A DNA stretch of 64,000 nt from an uncultured Methanosarcinaceae archaeon (GCA_963733675.1 CAVTET010000001.1:384001-448000), one strand, 5' to 3'. Shown: positions 23,069 to 35,123, counted from the stretch's first letter. Numbers and translations are program-made. Notes: generated by a model from the letters alone, not told the origin.

Positions 23069-23881
23069 TAATTTACCGGCGGTGCAAACTATATTTCCGG
23101 TAAGTTGCAATTTTTTTAATTTTGTAACTAGCTTTTAATCTTTGTTCATGTTCATAAATTGTGGTAAATCTTAACATCAAGACTCTCTCTACAATATTCC
23201 TAAAAATTAGGGAATTCTCGTTTTTCGAATTTGATCTAAGACTCCATAATATTACCAAACACGTATTCCTACTAGCCCAGTAACTCCTGTAACTCCACGA
23301 ATACTTCCTTTTTCAGGGATCATATTGGATGCTCTTAACGTTTTTTTCTCAGACATTCAACAGAATCGACATTCTATACTTGTGAAAATTTAGATAAACT
23401 CCTAAATTTAGTCATTAGGGATGTAAACGGTATCTGAATGACCCTTGAAAATAAGAAGTTTATAAAAATCATATTGTTCACATATGAGAATGTTGGATTC
23501 ATTAAAAGTTAGATTATTTTTTAAGCCACTGTTATATTAAGAAAAATATATGGCATTTTTGTGTAGATATGTGGAAAGTGAATTAAATTTACAACCCGGA
23601 TTTGGATAGAAAACATCAGTGAACGTTGATTTTTTTTCTTAATTTGTTCATCAAACTTCTAGAATATATATTATCAATAGTATATTATTAAATGAATATA
23701 ACTCGGGTACTACAAATCGCTTAAACTGTAAAGAGAACTGGAATAGCTATTGGTTCAACAAATTTAATTCTCCAAGTTTCATGGAATCTTGTAAATAATT
23801 GTTGATGTTTCTACCAAAGGGCATCCCAGAAAATTTGATAGAAATATACAAATATACATCTAAGCCCTCAAACGAAGCTTA

Positions 23882-24955
23882 TTATTCGATTATCAGCGTA
23901 TCAATAATTTTCTCTGCAGCTTTTCCATCTCCAAAGGGATTGACCCAACTCTTATTTTCATTTGTCATTTTGACAGCTGATTGCATGATGCGATCAGATT
24001 CAACACCTGCCAGTATGTTAGAGCCTACTTCAAGTGTTTCAGGTCTTTCTGTATTATCTCTCAGTGTTATGCAGGGTGTTCCAAGAATGCATGTTTCCTC
24101 CTGAACACCGCCAGAATCAGTAAATACAATTCTGGCGTTAGCTTCAAGCTGAAGGAACTCCAGAAAACTCATTGGCCTTATAGACGTGATGCCTTCCAAT
24201 GAAAAACCAAACGCTTGAATCATTTTCCCTGTTCGAGGATGTACCGGAAACACCACTGGCATAGAGTATTTTTTTTGAACCATGGAAATACCTTTCAATA
24301 TTTTACTCATCTGTTCCCGATTATCAACATTTTCAGCCCTATGAAATGTAAGAAGGAAGTATTCTTTTGATTTCAATTTCAAATTATTCAAAACATTTCC
24401 TTTATTGTTAGAAATTTCTAAATTTTGAAAAACAGCGTCAACAATTGTATTACCAGTTACAAATATTTTGCTTTCTTCAATTCCCTCTTTCAGCAAATTT
24501 TGTTTTGAGAGCTCGGTGGGAGCAAAGAGAATATTTGAAACATGGTCCGCAACAACTCTATTTATTTCTTCTGGCATGCTTCTGTCATAACTTCTTAGAC
24601 CGGCCTCCACATGGCCAACTTTTATATTCACTTTGGAAGCAGCAAGAGAACCAGCAAGTACAGTATTTGTGTCACCCTGAACTAACACCACATCTGGCTT
24701 TTCATCAAGAATGACTTTTTCTATACCTACCATAATTTTACCTGTTTGCTCTGCATGACTTCCAGAGCCTATCTCAAGATTATAATCTGGTTTCGGCAAT
24801 TCAAGATCTTCGAAGAAAGCCTTATCCATCTCAAAGGAATAATGTTGGCCAGTATGCAAAATAAAATAATTAAGATTCCTTTTTTCACATTCTCTTATCA
24901 GAGGTGACATTTTAATAATTTCTGGTCTTGTGCCTAAGATTATAGATAGATTCAT
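23882..24955 (-). CDS. wecB: UDP-N-acetylglucosamine 2-epimerase (non-hydrolysing)
   Basis: GTRPEIIK, HTGQH, VQGDT, HVEAGLRS, PEEINR, TDSGGVQEE and ERPE. Confidence 0.95.
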   Translation of the reverse strand: MNLSIILGTRPEIIKMSPLIRECEKRNLNYFILHTGQHYSFEMDKAFFEDLELPKPDYNLEIGSGSHAEQTGKIMVGIEKVILDEKPDVVLVQGDTNTVLAGSLAASKVNIKVGHVEAGLRSYDRSMPEEINRVVADHVSNILFAPTELSKQNLLKEGIEESKIFVTGNTIVDAVFQNLEISNNKGNVLNNLKLKSKEYFLLTFHRAENVDNREQMSKILKGISMVQKKYSMPVVFPVHPRTGKMIQAFGFSLEGITSIRPMSFLEFLQLEANARIVFTDSGGVQEETCILGTPCITLRDNTERPETLEVGSNILAGVESDRIMQSAVKMTNENKSWVNPFGDGKAAEKIIDTLIIE

Positions 24956-25739
24956 TTTGATATCCCCATTTTAAGAATAAAACTATCTTAAAGTTGATTT
25001 TATCAAATTTATAAATTTTATAGCTGAAGTATAATATCGCCAATAATTAAATTTGGTGCTATCTCATTAAATAGTTAATATTTTGATAAATCTGTAATTT
25101 AACAACTCTAATGATATCCATTTACTTTGAGTAATTCTCTTGTCTTTGCAGGTGTGTTCGTCTCTAAAACTTCATTTTCTCTTTTTTTGTTTATATTCCT
25201 CTTGAACTCTGAAAGAGTCAAAAATAAATGCAATATAAACCTCATCTAATTATATATCCTTTTATTCTTCTTGAAAAGCCTATTATTTTTTCCTTTAGAT
25301 ACTTATTATCCAGTCCAAAACAGTATTAATATCCATGTTCAGTAGGATCAAATTAACAAATTTCGATTGACTGATTTTAGATAACTGTCGGCTATTGATT
25401 ATGCTTTTTTCATTTATTGATTATGTTTTTTTTTCATTTTTCATCAATTAGTAATCAAAATAGATATCAATCAACTGATTTTTGCTAGGCTAAAATAGTT
25501 GCTAAGATTTAGAAGTATTTCGAGAAATCCCTACAGGACTCTCTATTATCATACTAAATAATTATATTCTGTTTCCCGCGGATTTATTGATATTTCAATT
25601 TGGACTATATACATATTTTTAATAGTGTTAAGTAAATACTGATTTCAAACTGCTGTTAACATTTATTAATGAATTTTTACCCGGTTGATTGATAAAGTGA
25701 AATAAAAAGTCTAACTTTGCAGAATATTGGACCGAGTGC

Positions 25740-25973
25740 TTCGTTTCATATTAATATATATATTCAAAAATATTACCCAAAAAAGTCACAAAATAGTTTT
25801 AGCAGAAATACGTACAATTCCTACTTCATAGCCTAAAATATTGAATTTTCTAGCAGCGGTTGTAAAAGAATGGAATTGAGATGTATTGATGAAATTTTCT
25901 CCTGTAAGATATGAGGAAAAGTTGAAAACTAATAAGAGTGGTCATTAGGAACTACAGCAAATCGAAACTACTG
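25740..25973 (+). mobile_element. Degenerate IS right-end relic, probably ISH3 family
   Basis: Homologous to the reverse complement of 1711-1945. Ends GGAACTACAGCAAATCGAAACTACTG. Confidence 0.45.
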
Positions 25974-26226
25974 TATCTGATGTCCTTAGGAGATCTATAT
26001 TTATAAATGACTATTACTGTATATATCGATATAGGAGTTCTGATAATAGATCGATGAATAAGTGCCTTAGAATGCCTCGATGTTATTTTTTTGGAATAAA
26101 CTTTTTGTAGATTTAAGATAAGGTAAGGCTTTTGCAGTCGAATATCCAAAATGGTTAATAGGGTTAATTTTATTAGCTTTTCGGATTACTATAGACGTAT
26201 AGAAAAGCATCCGAGTTGATAACAAA

Positions 26227-27345
26227 GTGCGACCTGTCTCACAAAGAGTGAACGCAAAAAAGATTCATGAGAGTAATCCCAAATTTGAAAAATATACCTC
26301 TGAGCTTCTGATCCTTAAGCCTGAAGGTTATCCCTTAAGTGGCATGATGGAAGAATATCCTGTAATTGAAAATATGGGTGTTTTTGAATTTTATGCTCGA
26401 GAACAGTGGAATGGGCATATTGCTCGTAAGGGAGATTATCTTTTTGATCGACGAATGTTTCCAGATTTTGCTTATCGAATTATAGAAGTGGAACCTGCAG
26501 AATCGATAATAGGAAATTCAACCTCGATTATTGTAACTGAAGAAAAAAACGGTTTTCCTTCTACGTTAGAGATAAAGGGTAGCATTAAATTTGAAGATGT
26601 AATTGGACAGGAAATTGCAAAGCAGAAGTGTAGGTTGATAGAAAGATTCCTGGAAGATCCCGAGCGTTTTGGAAAATGGGCTCCAAGAAACATCCTTTTT
26701 TTTGGACCCTCAGGAACCGGAAAAACTATGCTTGCAAAAGCCCTTGCAAACAAGACCGATGTTCTCATCATTCCTGTCAAAGCTACCCAGCTTATTGGAG
26801 AATATGTAGGAGATGGAGCCCGTCAGATTCATCAACTTTATGACCGGGCAGAAGAGATGGCTCCCTGTATAATATTCATAGATGAACTTGATGCTATAGC
26901 TCTGGACAGAAAATTCCAGGAATTAAGAGGGGATGTGAGTGAAATCGTAAATGCGCTTTTAACAGAGATGGATGGTATTATGGAACGTGAGGGGGTATGT
27001 ACAATTTGCTCCACAAACAGGATTTACTCACTTGACTCTGCTGTAAGAAGCAGGTTCGAAGAAGAGATCGAATTTGTTCTCCCAGGAGAAGAGGAAGCCC
27101 TTCGAATATTTGAATCAAATATGAAGACCTTCCCCTTGCAAGTAGAAAATTGTAATTTCCAGGCCCTCGCAAAGAAAACGAAAGGACTTTCAGGCAGGGA
27201 TATTGTAGAAAAGGTCTTGAAATCAGCTCTACACCAAGCAATTATTGAAGACAGAGAAATAGTAACATGTAAGGATTTCGAAAATGTCCTTGCGAAACTT
27301 GGAAAAAAGGAATTCCCGAAGGATCCCTCTGAACTCTATGTTTAA
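26227..27345 (+). CDS. AAA+ ATPase, archaeal AMA-type (single AAA module with N-terminal domain)
   Basis: Walker A GPSGTGKT, Walker B IIFIDE, SRH STN...LDSAVRSRF, N-terminal L.PEGYPL. Confidence 0.85.
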   Translation: MRPVSQRVNAKKIHESNPKFEKYTSELLILKPEGYPLSGMMEEYPVIENMGVFEFYAREQWNGHIARKGDYLFDRRMFPDFAYRIIEVEPAESIIGNSTSIIVTEEKNGFPSTLEIKGSIKFEDVIGQEIAKQKCRLIERFLEDPERFGKWAPRNILFFGPSGTGKTMLAKALANKTDVLIIPVKATQLIGEYVGDGARQIHQLYDRAEEMAPCIIFIDELDAIALDRKFQELRGDVSEIVNALLTEMDGIMEREGVCTICSTNRIYSLDSAVRSRFEEEIEFVLPGEEEALRIFESNMKTFPLQVENCNFQALAKKTKGLSGRDIVEKVLKSALHQAIIEDREIVTCKDFENVLAKLGKKEFPKDPSELYV

Positions 27346-27650
27346 ACTGCAAAAATATGACAGTGTATAGATTTTTCCTGCAAAATTACAACTCTAAAAA
27401 AGTTATGAGAAAGGAAATCACACATATGAAGAACCAAATTGCATAAAGTACACTAAAGAAGATTTCGATGAACCCCAGTATTTCGTCATGTGCTTATAAA
27501 TTATATATAAATAACTTCTGAAATTCATAGGTTTATGGAATCTTCTCAAATTTAATTTTGACTTCACAACAAAATATGTGACACTATCCACGGTATAGTA
27601 TCCCACTTTTCAAAGTATACATTTTTAAGGCACTATTATTTTTGATAATA

Positions 27651-27950
27651 TCCAGGAGTTCTTAATTATTTCAGTCGAATACCCAGTTACTTACTACAGG
27701 GATGGAACTTCCTGATAACCATTATTAACCAACTGAGTTATATTTTAAGCTACCTATGCATTACAAAATGGAACTACTTAATGCAAAAATAGTATATATA
27801 AACTGAGATCTAACATGGTTTTTTTTTGATGAAGTACCTTATAAGATTTATTTAGAGAATTATATCATCCCCTATTTAAAGCATAATCTGCCTTGAAATT
27901 TGTAATAGGTACTGTTTTAAATTTAATGCAAGCGGTATTCTGGTGATATG
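27651..27950. repeat. About 300-bp dispersed repeat, copy 1 (copy 2 at about 41470-41800)
   Basis: Shared TTATTTCAGTCGAATACCCAG, GATGGAA, TTAAGCTACCT, AATTATATCATC and TGGTGATA blocks in the same order. Confidence 0.65.
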
Positions 27951-28386
27951 AACTAGATGACACAGTTTTCAATTGTACTCTAAAAAGACTAGCAAGAGAA
28001 CTCCAAGCGTTTTTTTCATTCGTATTTTTTGAGGATAATAATATGCATAAACTACGGAACTGAACAATTTGCGAATAAAATAATTTCAGATGGTTCTATG
28101 TGTGTATTAAGTAATCATTATCATAATAGATCCCAAAGAGTAACTAAAAAACTGGTACTTAGTAAAAACAATTTTTGACTGGAAATGAGATTGCATAGTT
28201 TTAGTTTCTGTTAGATATTTCATAAAATAATCTTTGTTATGAATTTTTATTATTTTTAATAGATCTTTACTTAAATATTATACAATTATTTAATATGTTA
28301 TAAATTCAAGAGGATTTCAATAAACCCCAATTTTTGACTAAGAATGTTAGATTGAGAGGCAAGTTAATTTCAAAGACTTCAACATT

Positions 28387-29202
28387 TCAGGTTCCAACCT
28401 TAACTGGATTCAAAATTTTTCTAAGGGTGGAGACTGCAGAGAGAGCTGCAAGATAGCTGGTTTTAGGGTTTTCCGGAGAAGGGAGGTTTTCGACTCTTGT
28501 GAAAAACTTTCCAAATTCTCCTTCTACAGTAATCTCATGCACGTTTCTGGCTATGGTAGGGTCGGCAACTACTCTCACTTTAGTTCGCTCAAATCCTATA
28601 CCTGCAAGGCTTATTGTTGCTGCCACGTTTACATTTGCTGGAAAGGCTTTGACGGCGTATGAGGCAGATCCTTCAAAAATTACGGTTTCTTTTTTGATCT
28701 TTTCAAGTTCAATTCCCATATTTGCGATATATGGAGCCCCTGAGAGACCTAAAGGAGGTTTTCTGGTGGTCAGGGTAATTGATGAGATTCCAGCTGCTGA
28801 AGCGGAATTTATTCCGTCGATACCAACAACGGCACCTGAAGGGAAATATAGCTTGCAGTTATTCTGTTTTGCAAGTTTAAAAAGTTTTGTTCTGAGTTCC
28901 TCATCCACCAAAGCACCTACACTCAGGACCATCACGTCACGCCCTGCTTCAAGCGCCTGTGGCACTATGGCCCTAACAGCATCTTGAGAGGCACTCTCTA
29001 TGACAAGATCTACACTGCATAACAGTTCTTCAATCTTCATATATGCTGGACTGTATCTTTTCAGGGAAGCTACAAGTTCAAGAGCTTTAATCTCAGAAGA
29101 GTCGAAAAGAGCATGAAGTTCCACATCAACCGCCCCATTATCAATAGCTCTACAAATATGGCAACCAATAAATCCACAACCGATAATTCCTATTTTCAGC
29201 AT
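28387..29202 (-). CDS. nadX: L-aspartate dehydrogenase
   Basis: GIIGCGFIG, ESAS, LSVGAL, PSGAVVGID, TRKPP, FPANVNVAA, HEI and PSPENPKTS. Confidence 0.92.
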   Translation of the reverse strand: MLKIGIIGCGFIGCHICRAIDNGAVDVELHALFDSSEIKALELVASLKRYSPAYMKIEELLCSVDLVIESASQDAVRAIVPQALEAGRDVMVLSVGALVDEELRTKLFKLAKQNNCKLYFPSGAVVGIDGINSASAAGISSITLTTRKPPLGLSGAPYIANMGIELEKIKKETVIFEGSASYAVKAFPANVNVAATISLAGIGFERTKVRVVADPTIARNVHEITVEGEFGKFFTRVENLPSPENPKTSYLAALSAVSTLRKILNPVKVGT

Positions 29203-29444
29203 TCCAAACTCCTCACAAATAACAAATATGTTTGACCATTAATACTAAGTTTCACAATTATGGAGATTTTTTGGGGGGTTTTGATTTATTGCGGTCTCAG
29301 AATGCAGTAAATGATGATAATTTTTTTTGATTCCAGAAAATACTACAGACTCTCCAATTTAGAGTTTGGAGTATTTGTATCTGTTCCCCCTTCTTAAATC
29401 TTCTGTTGCTGAGCATTTTCATCTCTGTTATTACTTCGGAATTC

Positions 29445-30105
29445 AAAGGATCAAGGATACCCTGTCCTTTAGATTAAAAATTATGTGAACCTTTAAATTT
29501 TTTTATTTTCGTTCAAACATCTAAATCATCGTTTCTTTGTAAAGTAATGTTGTCTTTGGTACAATTGTCAGAGGTGAAATAGCATTGGAATTTAACAGCC
29601 TTTGACATGATTATGATCAAATCATCTATCACGTGGTGTTGATGCCTAAGTATCAATACAATAATTCTGCAACAATATAATTAAAGAGGATTTAGTGTCT
29701 ACTTTTACCACTATTTGCACGAACCAGAGCTACAAAGTTCATGCTATGGAAGTTTGTAGATGATAATGTTACTTACTCCTTCAATTTCATCGAAGCAAAT
29801 CTCTATAAGAGGTAGTTCAATACTTGAAGTGGGGTAGTTCTTACAGACTTTTTAAATATTATCCTTAATTGGAATAACTATATTGTGATGAGAGTCCTAT
29901 AGTTAAACGGTAGTTTTATCGATCCTTTGTATATGTGACCTCTAAACAATTAAAACACTATCTTATGGGATCTCAGACAGAGCTGAAAGTAGAGTTTAAA
30001 TCATTTAGATTAAAGGAAAGTGGGCAAAAAATAAATAAGGATTTTTGAGTCTCGACAAACCTAGCTGAGTGCTTGAAGAATACCCTATTCTTTAGGTTGG
30101 GGGCT
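29445..30105 (+). pseudogene. Degenerate IS200-type element (tnpA, Y1 HUH transposase)
   Basis: Fragments YDQIIYHVVLMPKY, YKVHAMEV, EVVQYLKWGSSYRLFK and FYRS broken by stops and frameshifts. Hairpin-like remnants at both ends. Confidence 0.75.
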
Positions 30106-30233
30106 ATAACGCAATTTGATTCATAAAATTTTCTCTACTCTTCGTTTTAACTCCTGTTAACATTAAGAGTATGCAGAAAAGTACCCATCTACTTTATGAA
30201 TTTGAGTGGCATAAAGTAGATGGGTAATGTTGC

Positions 30234-31058
30234 ATGCTTATCAAAGACATTGAAAATTTTATCGAAGAAGATCTGGGGTACGATGACGTCTCGTGCACTA
30301 TTGTGCCTGACAGATCTGCAGAAGCTATTATTTCCACAAAAGAGGATTGTATTGTTGCCGGGATTAAAGAAGCTGAATCAATTTTCTGCTATCTTGGAAT
30401 TCAGGCTAAAACAACCCTTCAAGATGGGGATAGTCTCAAAAAGGGAGATATCATTTTCAAGTTAACTGGAGGGGCAGTGTCCATTCTTAGGGCAGAGAGA
30501 CTTACATTAAATTTCCTTGGGCATCTTAGCGGGATTGCAACTCTTACTCGAGCTTGCATGGATATAGTAAGGAAGCATTCGGACACCACAAGGGTGGCAT
30601 GTACCAGAAAAACCACACCAGGCTTAAGAAAATTCGAAAAACTGGCTGTAATTGCTGGTGGAGGAGATCCACACAGGTTTAACCTTTCAGACTTGATCAT
30701 GATTAAAGACAATCACTTAAAACTGATGGAACTTGAAGCTGCAATTAAAGAAGCCCGAAAAAACAGCTTCACTCGTAAAATAGAAGTTGAGGTGGAGTCT
30801 GAAAAAGATGCTTTACTTGCTGCAAAACTCGGAGCTGACATTATCATGTTGGATAACATGCAACCTGAAAAAATTCTGGAAACTCTCTGGTTACTTAAGG
30901 AAAAAGGGCTTAGAGACTCAGTAATTGTTGAAGCATCTGGAAGGATTTCTCAGGCAAACCTTGAAGTTTATGCCAAAACAGGGGTAGATGTTATATCGAT
31001 GGGTTCTCTTGTCCATAAATCAAGATGGATAGATATCAATCTGGAAATGTTAGATTAG
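30234..31058 (+). CDS. nadC: Quinolinate phosphoribosyltransferase
   Basis: AERLTLNFL, CTRKTTPG, HRFNLSD, IKDNH, EVEVE, IMLDN and EASG. Confidence 0.95.
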   Translation: MLIKDIENFIEEDLGYDDVSCTIVPDRSAEAIISTKEDCIVAGIKEAESIFCYLGIQAKTTLQDGDSLKKGDIIFKLTGGAVSILRAERLTLNFLGHLSGIATLTRACMDIVRKHSDTTRVACTRKTTPGLRKFEKLAVIAGGGDPHRFNLSDLIMIKDNHLKLMELEAAIKEARKNSFTRKIEVEVESEKDALLAAKLGADIIMLDNMQPEKILETLWLLKEKGLRDSVIVEASGRISQANLEVYAKTGVDVISMGSLVHKSRWIDINLEMLD

Positions 31059-31156
31059 AAATCTTTATTGAAAAAAAGCTGAAAGGATATATTTCTGAAA
31101 TCCTTATTAGAAAACATCAGCACAGAAAATTTAGTTTTGGTTCTTTTTTTGCTTAA

Positions 31157-31243
31157 GAGCATTTCGATAAACCTCTGATTTCACGAATCATTTATATAAT
31201 AGTAATAATCATATAACGAAATTTGAGGGTTGATAGAGATTCT
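31157..31243. mobile_element. About 90-bp MITE with IS5-type termini
   Basis: GAGCATTTCGATAAACCTCTGATTTCACGAATC...GAAATTTGAGGGTTGATAGAGATTCT. Confidence 0.7.
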
Positions 31244-31500
31244 TTCCAAAATCTTGCTTTCGATTAAACATGCCAGAGTTTTTGTAGTCTAGAATGGCTA
31301 TTCTTATGACGCCCTACGTTTTCTTAAACATTTCAGAGAAAATACTTCATCCATTCATCTTAGTTCCATTTTTTTGTAATCTCTTCCATAAAATTTAACA
31401 TTGTAGAGTTATTGAGTAGAAATGTATGCATAATCTCCACTAAACTATTTTGTAATTTTTTTGAATATTTTTTTAGTTTACATATCTATTAAGAAAAAGT

Positions 31501-32355
31501 GGTTCCGTTGCAAAAACTTCAACAAAATATGTAAATCTATAAGTGATTAATAAAAATCAAAACATTCAAGGAAAATGTAATAACATTATAAAACTATACC
31601 AAATAATTGATTAATGTATTTGACTTCATTAAGAACAGAGTAATTTAGATCGATTACTTGTCCTTTTTTGATCATATTTATAGCTTCAATTCCTTTTAAA
31701 GTCTTATTAGCAGATCGAAAAGACTGAAATCCTAACATTGGATTAACGATTCTCTTTATAGATCTGTGATCTTGTTCTATAATGTTATTCAAATACTTGA
31801 TTTGTCGAATGCCTACGTTTTTAGGTAGTATTTTATCAATTTTTAGTTTATCTATAGCAGGTGGATAAGCTGGATTCTTATCAACGGTTATTAATCTTGG
31901 AATTTGATTATGATTAGAACTTAAAGCTTTCTTAAAGAATCTCTTCGCTGCCTTTCTATCTCGTTTTGAACTTAACATGAAATCAATTGTATCTCCATTT
32001 GAGTCAACTGCTCGGTAAAAATATTTCCATTTACCTTTTACTTTGATATAGGTTTCATCAACTCTCCACGAATCATTTGTTGGTCTTAAATGTCTTCTTA
32101 TCTTCTTTTCTATTTCAGGGGAATATTGATGTACCCATCTCATGATTGTTGTATGGTCGACTTTTACTCCCCTTTCTGCCATCATTTCCTTTAAATTTCT
32201 ATAACTTAATGCATATTTTAAGTATCATCTTACATTCAATAAGATAATTTCTCCTTCATAATGCTTCCATTTAAAGGAATTAGATAGCATGTTACTATCT
32301 TTGGTTTTCTTTTTATTCTATTGTATCATTAGAAAGGATTTTTTGCAACGGAACC
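31501..32355 (-). mobile_element. IS6-family insertion sequence, 855 bp, with 8-bp target-site duplication
   Basis: Same inverted repeats as 3702-4556. GAAAAAGT is present at 31493-31500 and 32356-32363. Confidence 0.95.
31586..32290 (-). pseudogene. IS6 transposase with a premature stop (Trp22 TGG to TGA)
   Basis: ATG at 32290 as in copy 1. AGA-TGG-TAC of copy 1 reads AGA-TGA-TAC here (32225-32227). The ORF track restarts at 32185. Confidence 0.9.
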
Positions 32356-32446
32356 GAAAAAGTTGTTATGCTATAACTTATGTAGCTTATGGATCTCATG
32401 GAATATGGATCTTATAGGGTATCTGAACTAATTCATGAAATCAAAA

Positions 32447-33274
32447 TCATGAATTTAAATTTATTTCATTTTTGACGTCGTTAATTTTTTCATAGAACCC
32501 TGAAAATTCTTTTTTGTAAGAAGCTTTCCACTCGTCTACAATTTTAGGAGGAATATTTTGGTTATACTTTATACGGACTCCCTTTGAATAGATATCCCAA
32601 AATATATTCATCAAAGTTTCAATGAGAAGTTGTTGTCTTTTTTCAGTTTCTGGTATGCAGTCTAGAATAAGTCTTGTTGTATCATCCCATTCAAGGTAAA
32701 TGTCTATAAGTTCCTCAAAATCCTTATCGGGGAATTTAAATAGGAGTTTATTTAAAAAAAATTCTAACTGCTTCTTTCTTGAACGAAACAGTGTGCTTTT
32801 AGATTCTACTGCGTTGATGTATTCGTGAAAAAGGGTGTTAAATTGATAAGGAGAATTCAAATTATATGATGCTTTTTTTGCCTTTAATCCATATTCATTC
32901 TGGTATCTAAAGTCTTCACATAGATATCGAACGGCACGATCAATAATAGACTTATCCCTGCTTTCAATATTGTAACTATTTCTTGCGGGATGAGGTAGCA
33001 TGATAAACTCTTTAACTTCATACTGATTCCTAAAGTTAGGAATTATATTTTCTAAAAGTCTTGTTTCTGAGTAATAACCAAATTTGTAACAGTAAGAAGG
33101 ATATTTGATATCAATTCCTTGTTTTTTGAGCCGTATATCAAGTAGGCACATAAGTTTAAAAAAATGCAATTTTTTCATTATAGGTTTACTTTCCGGATTA
33201 AATTTTTTTAAAAGAGACTCGATTGAATATACGAGTAGCTGATCGTTTTTCTGATCAGAAAAAATTTGTCCCAT
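32447..33274 (-). CDS. Hypothetical protein, N-terminus weakly resembling Panacea/SocA (DUF4065) winged-helix proteins
   Basis: 275-aa low-GC ORF with KKLHFFKLMCLLD...YPSYCYKFGYYS pattern. Confidence 0.6.
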   Translation of the reverse strand: MGQIFSDQKNDQLLVYSIESLLKKFNPESKPIMKKLHFFKLMCLLDIRLKKQGIDIKYPSYCYKFGYYSETRLLENIIPNFRNQYEVKEFIMLPHPARNSYNIESRDKSIIDRAVRYLCEDFRYQNEYGLKAKKASYNLNSPYQFNTLFHEYINAVESKSTLFRSRKKQLEFFLNKLLFKFPDKDFEELIDIYLEWDDTTRLILDCIPETEKRQQLLIETLMNIFWDIYSKGVRIKYNQNIPPKIVDEWKASYKKEFSGFYEKINDVKNEINLNS

Positions 33275-35123
33275 GTTACCAAGAATATTCTAAGACCTTT
33301 AATATTAAAAAAGATTCCGTTATTATAATTATTTATTTTAGAGTAGTAACGCAAATTTGCTCTAAATTCCAAGAAAATGGCTACGTTTTTTGATTTGTAG
33401 TTATAGAGTCTTTAAATAAAATATATGTATAATCTCAGCCTAAAATTCCCATTACAACTTTTCTGTGTTGAAAGAAATAGAATGCCTAATCAATTAGATT
33501 TTATAGGACTTCGGGTATGGGTCGGAGCTTTAAGCAAATTAAAAATTATGAAAATCAAAGTTTATCCTGAATTAGTTTAGAAACTACTATTGATGTTGTA
33601 CACCACTACAATTGTCTATTTTCTTCTGGAAAAATTATGTATCTGTTCGACAAACTGTTATTAGTATTTAATCTTATAAAGTTTTTTCACTAATGTTGAT
33701 TGTCCTCTAAATAAGGCTTCTAAATAGAATATCTTTCTAGGGCAAAAATGCGGTATTCAGAAACGCTATAATTATGTGAGAAAAAATATATATGAATTTT
33801 ATTTTGTTTCATGTATAAATAAAAGATAATTGATATTGAATTGTTATTCGATTTTAAAACTTTTGATAGGCAAGTAATTCTTATTAAAAAACAAATTTTT
33901 ATATAGTTGATTTAAAAACTAAGTAGATAGTCTATACATTGAAGTGTATTTGATAGTGTTGAAAATTTGCTATAAATTGGAAGGCATATTTTGTATATGG
34001 AATCTAATTAAGTTTTTCTGATATGAGATTCTCTGTTTTAATCTTTAAAATTTGATTTTGATAAAGTAATTTTCATGAATTAATTTAATTTAAATTGATA
34101 GCTAAGGAATTTATTGAATTTCACTATGTTTTTTAATACTCTTTGTGCATTTACTGTGGCATACAATTACTGTTTGTTTTGATAGTGCAGCTATTTTGGA
34201 GCTAGATTTTTTTGTCCTCTAACGTTTTGCTCCACATAGCAACTATCATAAATTTTGACTATTCATTTAAAGTATCATTTGTATCAAATTAAATCACTTT
34301 TATATCAAAACCGATTTTTTGCTTCAACTAACAATTTGCGAATAGGTATAAACAGTAGTTTCAAATCAGTATTTATTTAGGACTATTAAGAATATTTTTA
34401 TAAACCTACTAAATCTAGCTAAAAGCTCTAAATTTCCTATTCGACTAACATTCATTAAATAATTAAGAAGTAACTTTATTGGAATATTGTATCGTGCCTC
34501 AATTAAGTGGGCTACTGTTTTAATAATTTACTGACTTAGTAATTATTTCATTTGACATGCTGTAACCCAAGAACTAACTTTATACATTCAAAATGTTATA
34601 CATGACTAGACTGTATTATAAAAAATTGCATCTTTTATGGGGTTATTTGGAATATTTTCGTATCTAAAATCGTTTTTTACTCTAGATCTAATTTCTGTAT
34701 TTGGCCTTATATTCTGTTTGTAGTTCTTATTTTTGTAATTTTCATATTTATTGGAATCTAGGTACTAGCATTAGTAGAAGCATACAACATGATAAAAAAC
34801 CAAAAGATAAAATTTGGTCGTGTCAAGTTACACCCCAAAATGAGTTCATAAATTCAAAACTTTAGGATAGTTATAATACTTTGTACCAATAGTAGAAGTT
34901 CGAGGTTTATTTGTTTAGAATATTTTAATCCCACCCGGTTCCACGGATAGCTAGAAATTATGGAATCAATTAATTTGTCATCAGTTAATAAGTAGTATAT
35001 CAATTAAGTGTATTTAAATTTATATATTTAAACATAAATGTATCAAATTTCCATATGTATATTTAATGGACTGTAACTAAAAATTATTTTTATTTTTCAG
35101 ATAATTCGATTTTTTTGGTGCAT

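Noticed and set aside
32225-32227. TGA in IS6 copy 2 as selenocysteine or recoding
   Set aside because: It replaces a conserved Trp by a single transition, and Methanosarcina is not known to use Sec.
3702-32355. Composite transposon or inversion bounded by the two IS6 copies
   Set aside because: Copy 2 has its own 8-bp duplication on both sides, the copy 1 flanks do not match it, and the interval holds ordinary chromosomal genes.
33300-35100. Long AT-rich ORF-free stretch as a replication origin
   Set aside because: No ORB-like repeats were recognised and there is no adjacent orc1/cdc6.
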